DNA of 64,000 nucleotides, from positions 2,170,001 through 2,234,000 of the forward strand of contig JBLDXI010000003.1 of the NCBI GenBank assembly GCA_047495785.1. The letters run 5' to 3'. Made by a program: the position numbers and the translations under genes. Under the pieces are notes generated by a model, which saw only the letters and a program-made list of their open reading frames with translations, was not told the origin of the DNA and did not search any database. Below are positions 1 to 12,679 of this stretch, piece by piece. This DNA is from Lepidodermella squamata. Its lineage: Eukaryota; Animalia; Gastrotricha. The stretch's first letter is position 1, and each line of letters starts with the position of its first letter.

Positions 1-198
1 GAAAATGCAATCTTTAACCAGCAAAAAATTTTATTTTCTTTGCTTTGCTGTCATGTGTCAAATTGTATTGTGGTTGAACTGATTGCGAAATAAAATTTGT
101 TATGATCTTGATAAATGCTTATAAGTGAAATAAAAGCGCGTTAATCGTCGCCAGTTCTTAAAGCAAAACCACTACTAGGCACTAGGAACAGATGATTT

Positions 199-1515
199 TT
201 AGTTCCGAAAATTGTCTAGGATCACAATAACTGGCATGAAGAGAAATGCGAATCGTGTCCCAACCACCTTGCAAGAACCATTCGGGGTCGTCGAAGAGGC
301 TGGCGATTCAGTCGAAGCAGTGGCTTTGGTAGGTTCCGTAGCTGGAGTCGGAGGCGGAGTAGGTCCGTCGAACGTAGGTTTGAGCGCGTAAACAATGTTG
401 TCATTCGAAACGGCATAAAACACGCCGTCATAGTAGGCAACATTCGTATTCAGCGACCAATTGAATGTTTTGAAAGCAGCTCGTTTCACTCCAGTCGTCT
501 TGTCGTACAGCTCAAGGCCAAAAACTTGTGGAACAGCAATTACGTCGTCCAGGACAACTGGCAGAAGCTCGGTTGGAGAGTCAGATATCGTATAAGAGGT
601 GTCTAAATTCCCATTTGAAATATCGTACTTGAACATTTGCTTCGCACATTTTCGGTACACGTATCGAGTATCAGTTGCTAGCGAGACTGTCTTGCAGTTT
701 GAATCAGCGACAGGAACCGTTGCCCACTGTTCCTTTCTAGAATCAACATCAACCGCTACAACTTTATATTGGTAACCAGTCATCGCTAGTTTGCCAGACA
801 TAACGGGCGGGAAGTACCAGATTTCTTGCTTAGGATTGTAATTCACACTCCACAGCAAATCGCCAGTTGTCACAGCATCGAATTCCGCTACGTCTTTATC
901 GGAGTCTTTGACAGTGAGCGCATACAGTCTGTTCCCGATTTGCATCGAGAGTTTAACCGGTTCTTTGCCGTCTTTCGCGGAAAACGAGTCGATGAACGCT
1001 CCTTCATAGTCATATGCGACTATTTGGTTTTCGATTGCTACGAAAAGTCGTTTTAAGGCCGAACTTACCGTGACGTCATTCGGAGCTTTCGCTGTCTTTT
1101 GCGACCAAAGCTGCTTCTCGTTCCCATCAGCCAAGGTGATAGCGTAAACGCTTGTGGTGTCCGCAATGAATAGCATAGAATTATCTGGATCGATTACTTG
1201 ACCTCTTAGTGTTCCCGATGACGATATCTTCAGATATTTAATCGAATTCCCGGATTTGGCGTCTACAATGTTGAGGTCGCCAGTTGTTGAGACGTAGTAG
1301 ACTTTTCCATTGAAGACCAGAGGTCCTAATCCGCCGTTTTGTTGCTTGCTTGTCGGATCTTTGTATTGCCATAATAACGATAATTCGTTAGCGTTTGAGT
1401 CTATTTTCCCGATTTTGTACCCTGAATGCTCCAAATCGCCACCTAATGTAACCCAGTCATTGGTCGACGCAAACGCGACAGAGAATTTAACTATTAGAGA
1501 AATTATAATAAACAT
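199..1515 (-). CDS. Secreted, probably GPI-anchored PQQ-like (BamB/PQQ_2-type) beta-propeller protein, intronless
   Basis: ATG at 1515 gives signal peptide MFIIISLIVKFSVAFA. It is followed by WVTLGGDLEHSGY and repeated propeller blades (LLWQY...PLVFNGKVYY...VDAKSG; FDAVTTGDLLWS; VDVDSRKEQWAT; YDKTTG), then a Pro/Thr/Ser stalk and a hydrophobic C-terminal tail. Confidence 0.8.
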   Translation of the reverse strand: MFIIISLIVKFSVAFASTNDWVTLGGDLEHSGYKIGKIDSNANELSLLWQYKDPTSKQQNGGLGPLVFNGKVYYVSTTGDLNIVDAKSGNSIKYLKISSSGTLRGQVIDPDNSMLFIADTTSVYAITLADGNEKQLWSQKTAKAPNDVTVSSALKRLFVAIENQIVAYDYEGAFIDSFSAKDGKEPVKLSMQIGNRLYALTVKDSDKDVAEFDAVTTGDLLWSVNYNPKQEIWYFPPVMSGKLAMTGYQYKVVAVDVDSRKEQWATVPVADSNCKTVSLATDTRYVYRKCAKQMFKYDISNGNLDTSYTISDSPTELLPVVLDDVIAVPQVFGLELYDKTTGVKRAAFKTFNWSLNTNVAYYDGVFYAVSNDNIVYALKPTFDGPTPPPTPATEPTKATASTESPASSTTPNGSCKVVGTRFAFLFMPVIVILDNFRN

Positions 1516-3090
1516 TTTTAATCGCAAAAATAGCAGGTACTGGTTCTGTACTGGTTCTGTTGCATTTTTTATTGCAAGATTATATTTTATCAGATTATTA
1601 CCGCCCTTTGATCATGTGACGTATGCTTGGTTTTGTTGATAACATGATTATACTTTATTATTTTGATATCGCTACATGCTATTACGTGAATGTTTTTTAT
1701 GATTAGGTACAGGCTGATCGGCTGAGAACAAGAATAATGAATAAGTATACCAGTAAAATGCTATCGCCATGTTATTGTAAAATAAGAATTCGGACCTGGA
1801 TTTTATTGCCAACCTCAATCAGCTGAAAAGCAGAAGATTGACGTATTGATGAGCTTTACTTCTTGCTTTAGCATCAGGTGTTTCAGGAAATTTCGATTTC
1901 TTTACCGAGAAAGCGAACACTTTTAGAAACGTCTCAAATTCACACAATGTGCCAAAGTTTGCATCAGAAATAGATCGCACAGGCGCCGACAGACCGGATG
2001 CATTCCTAGGTTGAGGAAATGCGTAATAATTATGACGCGAAATGCGATAGATCAAGACGGTGTCGCAGCCACTCAGAAGTAATGTTGAAAGCTGCGGCTT
2101 AGAAGCTCGCATTAAATTTCTGAGAAAAGGATAATGAGCTAAAATTCGTGAATTAGCACACCTTGAACCCTGTGAAAAATATGGCGGAGCTGAACTCAAC
2201 AGCTCATTAAAAATCCCGCCTCTTCTGCTTTCTCCCACCCCCGAAATTCTACAGTACTTTCCACCATTTCCCACAGCTCAGCTAGGCATGTCGTCAAAAT
2301 TGGAATTTTATAAAATAAAAATCCTCGTCTTTCGACACTTCCGCTGTTCCTGAAATAGCTTAATATACCTTGAAGCTTTTACAAAATTATCTTTCGTTGA
2401 CTCATAGAGACCCCATCTGCTAATTTGCTCGGCTCAACCTGTTCATCAACAGGACTACCAGCAATAAGCGATTTCCAGCAATAAGCCAAAGCGTGAGCTC
2501 GAAGCCAGTGTAAACAGAATCAAGTTATTCGAAGCGCGCGTCGAACGCATAGTGTAAGTGAACTACTCTCTCAGCGTCTCATTAACGTTGTTTCTTGTCA
2601 CGTCCCCGACGTCGCATTTCGATCGACTCGTAATAGGTGAAATATAATGGCATTCCGAGCAAGATGGACACTTTAGCAGGAGTCAAAAGATCAGCTCCCA
2701 TGTATTGATTCTATTTTCTTTGAAATTTCGTGTGCGCACGGGTTAATTATTTTTTATAACGGACTGAGATGACGCACTTTCCAGTCCAAAAATAGCATGG
2801 GGGAAAATAGGATAGATATTTTGATTAAAATCTAAACTGCTTTTCCTGGATCGACCGCTAAAATTTGATCGGCTTGATTGAATTTTAATATTAATTAGCG
2901 CCTGATGAAGTTATTTAAACCTGTTTAGCTTCCACAGCTTGTCCGATATAACATCTTAAGATAAAATTTCTAATTTTGGTTTCTTCAAGGCTGAAAATAT
3001 CCCCTGCTTCTATTTCACATGAGAGCGATTTTCCTTCGACCCAGGAAACTCCATGCAGAATTCCTGAATTTCATTTTAGAGTGATTAAAG

Positions 3091-5556
3091 ATGTTTATTT
3101 TTTTATCTATAACTCTTCTCGCGGTCTATCATGTTGACACTGCAACCTCAAAAAAGAGTAATACCTTGCAAGTTGTAGTGATAGTTCCTCTAACTGGCGA
3201 CGACCCAAGGAAGGGCCAGGCCTGCCGAGCGGCTATCGAAGTCGTTTTCAACGAAGTAAACTCCAGAAGCGATATTCTACCCGACTACCGCATCGAAGGT
3301 TTGATTCGAGATGAAGGTCCCACTGGAACTCTTATGCCTAGAGCTGTGACGGATTTTCGCAGGTCATACGAACCAGGTGGTAACAACTTCGCTAATTCAA
3401 GTCTTCATCCCTCTCCACTGATAGTCGGCGGGTGGAACGTCCCCGGTTGTACAGCAATAGCATCTTTCATGCATGGGGTTGACATGCTGGCTACAACAAT
3501 GGGCTGCAGCAGTCCTGGTCTAACGGCAAAGCGGAATAGGTACCCGAACTTGTACCGTCTGCGCGGTAGTGCGGAGTTAATTGCCTTCGCTCAGCTACGT
3601 TTCATGAAAAATGTAGGGGCATGGAATCGATTTAGCATCGTTTCGAACCCTGCTAATGCGTACGATTACTCACTAGCAAATTTCCTCTACAACCAAGGTA
3701 TTCGTTTCGGCTTCAAGGTCGTCTACTTCGACTTCACCGTTGATTTCGACGATCGTCTGATGACAAGTCTTAAAGAAAGTGACAGTCGGATAATTGTCCT
3801 AAGCTATGGCGGACCTGTTTACATGAGATTCCTGTGTCGCGCTATTGAGTTCGGAATCAGCGGGCCGAGATATGCGTTTTTCGTCAACTACGGCTCGTAT
3901 ATTGACCCTGATACGTATCCTGACGTGATAATCCCCGGATGCACGAAGCAGATGCTGCATGAACAGATGAAATCGCTTTTTTGGGTCGCGTGGACGTCTA
4001 CAACTGAACAGCCTAATGCTGCTTCGTCGCTAGGATTCAATTTCAACGAATTTGACGCTAGATTTGATCGTCAGGCGGGCGGAAACTCTTCACTGATTGC
4101 GGATTTAGAAAAACGAGCCCTTTGTCACGACACAGCTCTTCAAGGCGTCTTGGCACTGGATGATGCAGACATAAAGCTGCGAATGACGCAGGGATTGTCA
4201 CTCTCGAATTTTAGAGAGAATCCCACTTCGATAATGAAAGCTGTCAATGATTCGATTGCGAAGCTCGAATTCAACGGGTTCAGAATCAGCGGGAAGTTCA
4301 AGTATTCTAACAGGGCAGAGCATGATGATGAAACCTACGTCGTAGTGCAATGGACACCCTTACTGAAGCGCCGGTTTCTGTATTACATTAGACCTCGTGA
4401 TAACGCAAGTGCTGACGATTTCAATAGCTACGAAGTGACAAAGGAAGCTGGCCGGCCTATCTGGTTCACGAAAGACGAGACACCCCCGAAAGATCAAAAA
4501 GATGAGATATCCGTCATCGCTTATGTTCCAACCTCATTCACATGGGCTATACTAGCAACATCATTAGCTCTGTCTCTTACGCAAGTTATCTTCCTTCTTC
4601 TGTTGCTGATTAGGTCATACAAAAACAGCATAACGACTAGATTTGGGTTTCCTAGCGATGCTGCTCTATCAAGTGGAGGTTGCGTTATGTTCAACATTTC
4701 TGCTATTCTCTTCGCCTGGGACGTAAATTCTGAACTTTGCATTTCTCAGCGTGTTTTGCCTGTTTTCGCTATGGCGTTTTCGCAAAGTCATCTTCTTTGG
4801 AGAATGTTATTTCATCGACTCGTGAACGGCAAACGGGGGGTTTCCTCCAGCAGGACTAATTCTGACGCAAGGAGAGATACTAGGCCCGATATTCAAAGCC
4901 GACTCAGAGCGATCGATACCGCTCCAAGAAAAAGCTTCAATAGGAAGTTTTCGGAGGCTAGGTCATCAAGTAGACCTAGCATTCCCGCGTTCGAACCAAG
5001 CCAATTCACGACTAAGCGTGCGAGAGTAGTGCTTTCCGGATCTGCTTTCGGAATGATGATTTCGGCAATTTATCTTGCCATTTGGCTCTCTATTGATGCC
5101 CCAAAAGTAGAAAAAATGGAGTTGACCCCACTCGGCGGAATATATGATCAAGAAAGCGACGTCGTCAGCATTGTGCGAACATATAGATGCTCGTCGCGGA
5201 ATGATGCTATTTGGATCCTGGTTGCATTGTGTACCCACATTCTTCTACTCGGATTATCAGGGCTGTTTGGCTACGCTTTGCGTAACAGTCTACAGATGAA
5301 AGTGTACCCTGACCTAAAAAGGATAAGATTGCTTGTTGGAAATATTGCGAGTTTGATTGTCGCAGTTTTGCTGGTTGGGGCAGTTCTTCGAACTTCACCT
5401 GTGGGCCAGTCGATGGCATTTTCTGTGTTTTCACTGTTGTTTTCTTGCGTAATGAGCGGCTTCATGTTTTGGCCGACGGAGACATCAGATTCGCCGCCGA
5501 TAGATACGACCGTGAACCAGAGGCGAATGTCTCTTACAGTGCCAAATGCCTCATAA
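3091..5556 (+). CDS. Class C GPCR, GABA-B-like (Venus flytrap + 7TM, no Cys-rich domain), intronless, 821 aa
   Basis: Signal peptide; VFT motifs (EVNSRSDILPDY, YPNLYRL, SRIIVL); W-x5-PP-x-D linker (WFTKDETPPKD); seven hydrophobic helices with a TM3 Cys and an ECL2 Cys (YRCSS); AATAAA at 5636. Confidence 0.9.
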   Translation: MFIFLSITLLAVYHVDTATSKKSNTLQVVVIVPLTGDDPRKGQACRAAIEVVFNEVNSRSDILPDYRIEGLIRDEGPTGTLMPRAVTDFRRSYEPGGNNFANSSLHPSPLIVGGWNVPGCTAIASFMHGVDMLATTMGCSSPGLTAKRNRYPNLYRLRGSAELIAFAQLRFMKNVGAWNRFSIVSNPANAYDYSLANFLYNQGIRFGFKVVYFDFTVDFDDRLMTSLKESDSRIIVLSYGGPVYMRFLCRAIEFGISGPRYAFFVNYGSYIDPDTYPDVIIPGCTKQMLHEQMKSLFWVAWTSTTEQPNAASSLGFNFNEFDARFDRQAGGNSSLIADLEKRALCHDTALQGVLALDDADIKLRMTQGLSLSNFRENPTSIMKAVNDSIAKLEFNGFRISGKFKYSNRAEHDDETYVVVQWTPLLKRRFLYYIRPRDNASADDFNSYEVTKEAGRPIWFTKDETPPKDQKDEISVIAYVPTSFTWAILATSLALSLTQVIFLLLLLIRSYKNSITTRFGFPSDAALSSGGCVMFNISAILFAWDVNSELCISQRVLPVFAMAFSQSHLLWRMLFHRLVNGKRGVSSSRTNSDARRDTRPDIQSRLRAIDTAPRKSFNRKFSEARSSSRPSIPAFEPSQFTTKRARVVLSGSAFGMMISAIYLAIWLSIDAPKVEKMELTPLGGIYDQESDVVSIVRTYRCSSRNDAIWILVALCTHILLLGLSGLFGYALRNSLQMKVYPDLKRIRLLVGNIASLIVAVLLVGAVLRTSPVGQSMAFSVFSLLFSCVMSGFMFWPTETSDSPPIDTTVNQRRMSLTVPNAS

Positions 5557-7067
5557 GACGAAATAATCAGTTACATTTCGAATTTCATCAACAGTTCAAA
5601 AAGTGGTTTAGATATAATAATTTCTAGCAGAGCGAAATAAACGCAACGTGGATTGTGAAACTTTTCTCATTTGCGTCAAAAGTATTTCACTCCATGCGTC
5701 ATCGCAATTCGTGGAATAAGTGCAGACGTTCGCAATTAGCTAAAATTGAATTTTTTTATACTTTGCCAAACTAACTAAGCATATCAGTTAGCGAATGTGT
5801 TCCCATTAGTTATAAACAGATTTGCCAGTTCGACTCGAAGCCATCACCAAAATAAAAAATGTCATGGTGTGTGCGAATTTGTTTTTTGGGTTAGCCATTC
5901 ATCTTAGACGAGCTTCTCAAGATGGAGATCGTCAGCTTGTTACGCAGAATGTCTATGAGTTTTTCTCTTCAAATTATCCATGGTTAAAACTAAGCGACGA
6001 GTGTCACTTCTTGTAAAAACACAGGTCCACAGGTAACAAATGTAGATTGGTGTTATTTTTCCGCTGAAGTCATTCAGATTCAAAATTCCTCAACAACACA
6101 TCGACGTTTTAATGTAAACCTTGAACCCCGACGAGTTCCAGCGTTTGCATGAATAGCTTTTGCATTGATAACAATCGCCAGTTTTACACTGCTAATTAGA
6201 TAGGACTCAGCCACGACAGAGTCAGCAAGAAAGGCAACAAAGGTAAGAAAGATATAAAGGTAACTTTTTTTCCTTTGCAGGCTTTCGAGAGTAAGCCACC
6301 GACAACTTTGTCAGCCTTGGAAAGCTATAGTACTCATGGGGGAGATCAGCAGCCTATGCGAAGCCGATAGCAGAAACTTGAAGCAAAAACTGAGATTCAT
6401 GCTATTTCAACCGTGGATCATTTCGCAACAGTTCGATTTCACAAATACCTGTGAAGCCAATGAAGGCAGACAAGGCAAAAACTACGTACACAGCTAGTGA
6501 AGCGGAATGAATTTTTCAGCCATCTTCCTCATAGTATATTTCGTTAGGTTCCTTGAAACCTCTGCTGCATTGAAGATATCCCCATTAATCTTGCTATAGT
6601 CTGGGCACTGGAAATCTATCATAACTATACTGATACTGATACTGATACAGATATTGCTTTTTGCAATTTGTCTCGCGACTTCTGTCGCCTCAGGTCAAGG
6701 CGCCTCACAACTGATAATAGGTATATCGTCCTACTTCACAAGCGCTGCTTCTTATATATTTAACGAAATTAGAATGAAACCACAAGGCAGCCACACGCAA
6801 AATATCATTTATCACCGTTGATTAAAAGCATTTTAATGAGTTTGAAGTCTTTCGCAATTAACCTCGAACATTTTTCTGCAGAAGGAAATCCATTTTGTGT
6901 TGTTAATCACTCAGATTGGAACGCATCTCTGAAAGTCTCTCAAGTCGCAATTTTCTTGATTGAAGCTAGGCGCTTTGGTCCTCGTCCTAAGAAGTGATGC
7001 CAGAAACTATCTTTTATGCTCATGAGTGAAGCTCCTCCTAATGCAACTGTCAAATACAACATTGAAA

Positions 7068-9786
7068 ATGAAAATTGCGGTTCTCCTCCTCATCTCGGCT
7101 TCTGGCGCGCAAAAGCTTAACATGAGCAGTCCGGCTCCTTCTCTCATCACATCCGATTATCCATCTGGAAGCAAAATAAACATCAGCATTCCAGCGGTCG
7201 TTAACTACGGTGGATTCCTCTTTCCTGTCGGTCCGATTTTAACGGAATCAATGCGAATAGCTTTAAATGGAATTCGAAATGCAACGGGATTGCTCAACGA
7301 TTTCAACCTTCAAATCGAACTTGTAGATGACGAAGTAGGTTTCAAATCGTGAATTCAATTAGATAAATTTGTGCCCAAAGTGTTCAAGGCCGGTGCATGT
7401 TCGAAGATCAGCAAATGTGATGGAAAATCCAACACCCACCCGACTTCCGATGATTATCGGTGGATTGTGCTCTGGCATTCTCTATACAGGCATGATGGTC
7501 AAAAACTACAACTACACCTGGGTAAGTACTATCCATACCTTTCTTTTCACACTGCGGTTTTTTATCTTGAATATATTCAGATTACAAAACTGACGAATTT
7601 CCATAGCATCATGGTTCAGCGAAAAGCGTATAGTGGTTTCTACGTCATGTCGCCTAGCCTGCTGACCTTGATTGGGCCCCTAGTTGAAGGTATTAGGCTA
7701 CTTGGCTGGAGAAAGATCGCCATTCTTTCAGAGACAATTGCCTATTGGGATCAGGTAACTTATATCGGTAAGCGCCCTTTTAAGATTTGAAATTGTCTGA
7801 TTCAGAGTGAAACACTGTTGCAACGGCTCTTCGTCGCTAACAATATGTCAGTGATAGGCATTGCCAAGGTCATTTTCGCTCCGGGAGTTCCCATCGATGG
7901 GTCTGAAATGGCTGTCGCTGTCGAGGAAATAAGGAAAATGAATGCGCGAATTGTGGTTATAAATACCAATTATCCCTCGAAGATCGCGTGTTTGCTATAT
8001 CGATATGGCTTATATGGACCTGGATTTGCGTTCTTCACCATCAACTACAACGACTTCGCGCAAACTGACGTCCTTCGATTTCCCTGGTGCACTGAGGACA
8101 TGCTGGCCAAAGTTCTGGAAAGCATAATGATCTACGGAACTACCAACCAGTTGGATTTGACTGGAGCCTCGTATGTAGATTCAATTGGAATGACCGGCGG
8201 TCGGTTTGCCAACTTGATAACTGGTGCAATCAACAAACCGGAGGAGAATTCATATTGGAGGTACTGGCGGACAGCTGGTTATGACATGGTTGTAGCAGCT
8301 GCTTTCTGGCTGAACAAAACCGAGGAGGAACTCAACAAAAGTAAGCTTCATAAATCATAGACTTTATTACATTTATTTCTGCATCATAGGAAATGACAGC
8401 TTAGCTTTATGGAGAGGCGGCGGTCCCAAAAGTCAGAACTATGGAGGAATTCTGAAAGATCTCATGGATAAAGCAATGGAGGACCTAAGTTTAAGAACCC
8501 TCGCAGGTGATTTCGAGGTCGATCCATCGATGGGAGCAAATAAGTTCGGCAAGTTACCTCTCACAGTCTATCAATATCAGAAAACTAGCGAGAAATTTGG
8601 TATCGACGCAGCTCCCATCGCGTTTGGGTTAAAACCTGTCAACGTTTTGGTCATGCAACAATTTGGTGAGAACGACTTCCGCATGGTCAACCCAGGCTAC
8701 GCAAAATGGCGGACGTATGACGGAAAGCCGCCTTTGGACTCAATCAAAACAATAGTTGAAAAAGAGCCATTGATTGGTACCACTTCTTATACTGTTCTCG
8801 CAGCTTTTGCTGTGGTAATCATCGGAACAAATGTCGTTGAAGCTTATATGACTTTTCGACAACGTCAGCGACGAGCAAGGGAAATCAAATTTTACGCATA
8901 CTCCCATTTCCTGGGGCAAATCCTTCTCCTGTCGCATATTTTCGCAATTCCGGGAACTATGAGTCACGATGTCAAGTCCGGCTGCTCAACGGCTTATGCC
9001 CTCATTGCTGGAGGATTGTCCATAATTTTGGGCAGCTTGGCATTTAAGCTTGAAATCATGCGACGGAAATATTTCAGACACCATGTATCGGTAAAATTCA
9101 CCTCCATGTTACGCTTTGGCTTTGGATTTTGGATCGTCCTGGTGGCAGCCCTGCTTGCCTCGTGGCTAATTGCAGATCCTGTTCTGGCAGTCGATCGAAT
9201 GCGTCGATCTGAATTCGCAAATTACGACATAAGCATCAACTTCGTATTTGTGGCTACAGTGTGCCAGCTTAATAGCGAGAGTTATATCGGGACAGTCGTT
9301 CTGGCTATCATAGCTGTCATCAATAGCCTGTTGATTCTTCGAAGCTTATTTGCTAGTACAACAATGAAACCGGTAGTTCTCTGCTTTGGTTTATTTCGCC
9401 TTCATTGCTTTTAATGCACTTACAGAAACGAGCACAATCTCGAATTCCGGACCTTGGCAAGACGATATTGAGCTTTTATTTTACCATCTCGTTGCTACTG
9501 TTCGGGGTCCTAGTTGCTGGGGTGATTTTCGCGTCGAATGCTGAGCGATCTTCAATAACGATTGCTAGTGTTTCACTCCTGATTGGCTTAGTTCCTCTGA
9601 TTTCCGAGTCAGCGAAAAAGGTGAGCGGTTTCTGTAAGACATATCTTTGCTTTACATTTAGCTTCGATTATCCAGATTTTCGAAAGTTCAAATGCTCCCT
9701 TAACTCCGCCTGTTTCTCGAGGCAGGAGTCCGAGAATACGAAGTTTGGGAAGATCGACACCATCACGACAGCTGAACCGCATCTAA
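7068..9786 (+). CDS. Second GABA-B-like class C GPCR, 7 exons
   Basis: Hand-spliced GT-AG introns at 7335-7380, 7522-7580, 7755-7805, 8341-8389, 9373-9425 and 9621-9675 give one open frame: signal peptide, VFT (NARIVVIN, LYGPG), WRTYDGKPPLDS linker, 7TM. AATAAA at 9837. The last acceptor is the least certain. Confidence 0.85.
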
Positions 9787-10371
9787 TAATACGTAGTGGA
9801 ATTAACTGTTTGAATATCTCAGGTTTGAATTGCTGAAATAAACTTGAATTTATTTGAACTCAACATATTTTACAAAATTTAAGGTCTGGTTTCCTCATTT
9901 CAAAGTATATTTTGGAGGACCCCGCCTCAATGGCAGTTGTACTTTGTAGAGCTTCACGCTTATTAGTTCGAATTTGTGATTGACGAATTGTTTGTACTTT
10001 AAACACCATAAATCCATAATATCGTTATCTTATTATCGAAAATGTTACACCTGACACGATCGGTGTTACTGTGAGAATTTCTTGGCCTAAAATTATTGTG
10101 AGTGAGGTCGTCTATGTTTCAGCTGCGTGTCCAAGTGAATGAGCTGAGACAGGCATCGGTAATTTATGTTGTAGGAATAGCTTCTCCTTGTTGTTCCAAT
10201 CTATCGACCGCGACTGCGCTCGCTCGTTGGAAATGCGTGTTGTTTTCGGTATGTGTATCCACGAAACATCTATTAAAACTTAAAGCACTTCTATCTAGGC
10301 ATTATGAATACATATTTTCCATCGTTTCGGGATACACCAGGGAAGATACGGCACTCGCAATATTTGGGTAA

Positions 10372-10538
10372 CCCGTAGCAACATTTCGAACTTTTATATT
10401 CAATTATGCAAATGAATTTGAAAATACAAGGAACAATATTTTTTCCTCGAACCTTTTGGTGACAATTTTTTCTTGTTTCCTGTTTTTTTCAAACTCATTT
10501 GCATAATTAATTATAAAAGCTCAAAATGTTCCTACGGG
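10372..10538. mobile_element. Palindromic MITE, CCCGTAG...CTACGGG termini, possible 2-bp AA TSD (CMC/EnSpm-like)
   Basis: ~65-bp imperfect inverted arms (cccgtagcaacatttcgaacttttat...attatgcaaatga / tcatttgcataat...ataaaagctcaaaatgttcctacggg), with AA on both sides. Confidence 0.6.
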
Positions 10539-10712
10539 AAAGAGTCCACTGTTATTGTTTTGATAGTGAATTGTTATAAATTGAAACACAAGTCGTGAAA
10601 TCTGAAATCTGCAGATAAGTAGTATTATTATTGAAAAACTCGAATTTCCTGGAGTAACATATTTGGGGAATAAGGTAATGAATGATGAACGTCAAGTAAT
10701 TGTTGGGCAATG

Positions 10713-11176
10713 TTACATCTTGGTGAAGTATATGAGTGCTGTGGCACCGATGAGGAGAGCAGCTAGCGGTGCAATCATTTCACCCGAATTGCATTTGTCG
10801 GTTGTGCAACAGTAGACATCGGAACACACAGAAAGAATGCAGGCGCTACTCGGGGAGCAGCTAGTTGCGCAAGTCTTTGTAATAGAGGTGCTCGAGGTGC
10901 CTAACAGACTGGATTTCGTAACAGATTTCTGTAAAAAGACAACGTAGAAGACAATGAAGATTTCAACTATGAATTGTTTTGACTTACCGAGCAAGCTGTG
11001 TATTGCGTCCCATTGCAGGTATTTGTTGTCCCGTCGCTGCCATCATAGCATGTCAGGGCATCTGCAAATCAATGCTACAATACAGTATTTAAAAATGGGA
11101 ACTCCCGAAAATTACCCGCGCATGCGATAAAGGCAGCCAAGGCAAAAACGACATACATAGCTTGTGAAGCAGCCAT
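10713..11176 (-). CDS. Ly6/uPAR (three-finger) GPI-anchored protein, copy 1, 3 exons
   Basis: Spliced product: MAASQAMYVVFALAAFIACA-DALTCYDGSDGTTNTCNGTQYTACS-KSVTKSSLLGTSSTSITKTCATSCSPSSACILSVCSDVYCCTTDKCN plus a hydrophobic GPI signal. It has the LxCY start and CCxxDxCN end, with 10 Cys. Confidence 0.9.
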
Positions 11177-12130
11177 AGACAGATGACAATTTTATATGAA
11201 AAGATTAGTTTTAATTGCTAGATGCTGGTTTATTGATGCCTTCTTGCCGATTTCAGGTCGCATTTTATACGACATTGTGGTGACTCAAATTGTGAAACTT
11301 GACAATTTCTCAGCAGTCTACTTCATCGCTTTACTCATGTAATATTTCTGTGCAGGGGACCCGCGAATCATGAACAAATTGGAAATATATACATTCTTGA
11401 AAATTGTCATCCGCATATACCTAGTATTTTATATGTTTGAGTAATATGAAGTATGTGCCCCCATATCGTGTCAATTAAATGGTATTTTCATTGTGTTTTG
11501 TGTATTAACGTGACTTCATCTCTCCATGCTTAAGCACTCCAGTCAGTCTTCCATTTGAGGCATTAAGCAAAAAATAGGGCGTAAACAGGAAAACTTAATG
11601 GTTGTTGTTTGGAAGAGAGGGATATTTTCATTTTCCTCAGGAGAATTAAAGGTCGACGAGTGCCGATTTTAAATAGGAGACATCTTTGGAGCGAAGCGAG
11701 AAAATTTATGGCAGTTTTGAAAACATTTGCCCCACGTTAAATGCAATTTTAGCCATTTTTTAGTTTTTTCATTTTGGTATGTAGTTGTTTGAACAACCAA
11801 AACAACCAGCTGGTTACGCCACTGCCACTGCCACTGCCAGTTGTCTACCGTTGCCATTTCATGCTCGAGAAGAATCAAGGTTCAGCTGGAGTTGCGGCCT
11901 TAAGACAAAGACCCGATAAAAATTGAATGAAACTCATGAGAATTAAAAATCACGGCGTATTTTATTTACTTCGCAGCAGAAATTTTTTATTCAAATCATT
12001 TTTCATCCACAGTTCACAAAATTGATACGAATTGGTTTTGATGGTAATCATGTGGATTAACAAGCTCACATTCAGTTATGTGGCGACCGATGGCGCAAAG
12101 GAAGCTACGCGCCCATTTCCATTGAGATGA

Positions 12131-12679
12131 CGTTAGAAGTGCGCCAAAATCCCCACTTTGAGTTTCGTGTTTTGAGAACTTACAGTGCTGACAATGCACG
12201 GCAAAAGAGGTTATGTATCTGTCGTGCAATAGGTTTAACGTCATTAACGTAGAGGCCATGCACGTCGATTTTATAATGAATTAAAGGAGGAATAATAAAG
12301 AAGGCATTCATTTCAGTCCTTCGAAACATGATGCTTTCGAAACACGAAATAATTCCCGCCGTATTCGGCTAGCACGGTGTTTAACGTGCTTTCAAAACAC
12401 GAAATAATTCCTGCCGTATTCGGCTTGCACGGTGTTTAACGTGCTTTCAAAACACGAAATAATTCCCGTCGTATTCGACTAGCACGGTGGTTAACGTGCT
12501 TTCAAAACACGAAATAATTCCCGTCGTATTCGACCAGCACGGTGGTTAACGTGAATACGAAACACGTAAAAAGCCATATAGTTTCCGTCGTAGAATCCCT
12601 GCTACGGCAAAATAGTATACGTGTTTGACGTGCTGTCTATTTATTTTCTCAAAGTGGGGGTTCTGGCGCACTTCTAACG
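12131..12679. mobile_element. 549-bp MITE with 32-bp TIRs and 4-bp TSD (ATGA)
   Basis: Left TIR cgttagaagtgcgccaaaatccccactttgag (12131-12162) matches the reverse complement of 12648-12679 at 30/32. ATGA occurs at 12127-12130 and 12680-12683. Confidence 0.92.
12333..12552. repeat. Minisatellite, 4 x 55 bp, inside the MITE
   Basis: Units gctttcaaaacacgaaataattccc...cacggtg(t/g)ttaacgt start at 12333, 12388, 12443 and 12498, with no spacers. Confidence 0.95.

Noticed and set aside
1819-2274. 151-aa ORF
   Set aside because: Non-ATG start; no recognisable motif, paralog or splice support.
3091-9786. Gene symbols GABBR1/GABBR2
   Set aside because: The architecture matches but the sequences are too divergent to claim orthology, and no C-terminal coiled coil is evident.
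12333-12552. Regularly spaced repeats resembling a CRISPR array
   Set aside because: The 55-bp units are contiguous with no unique spacers, lie inside a MITE, and there are no cas genes in this eukaryotic context.
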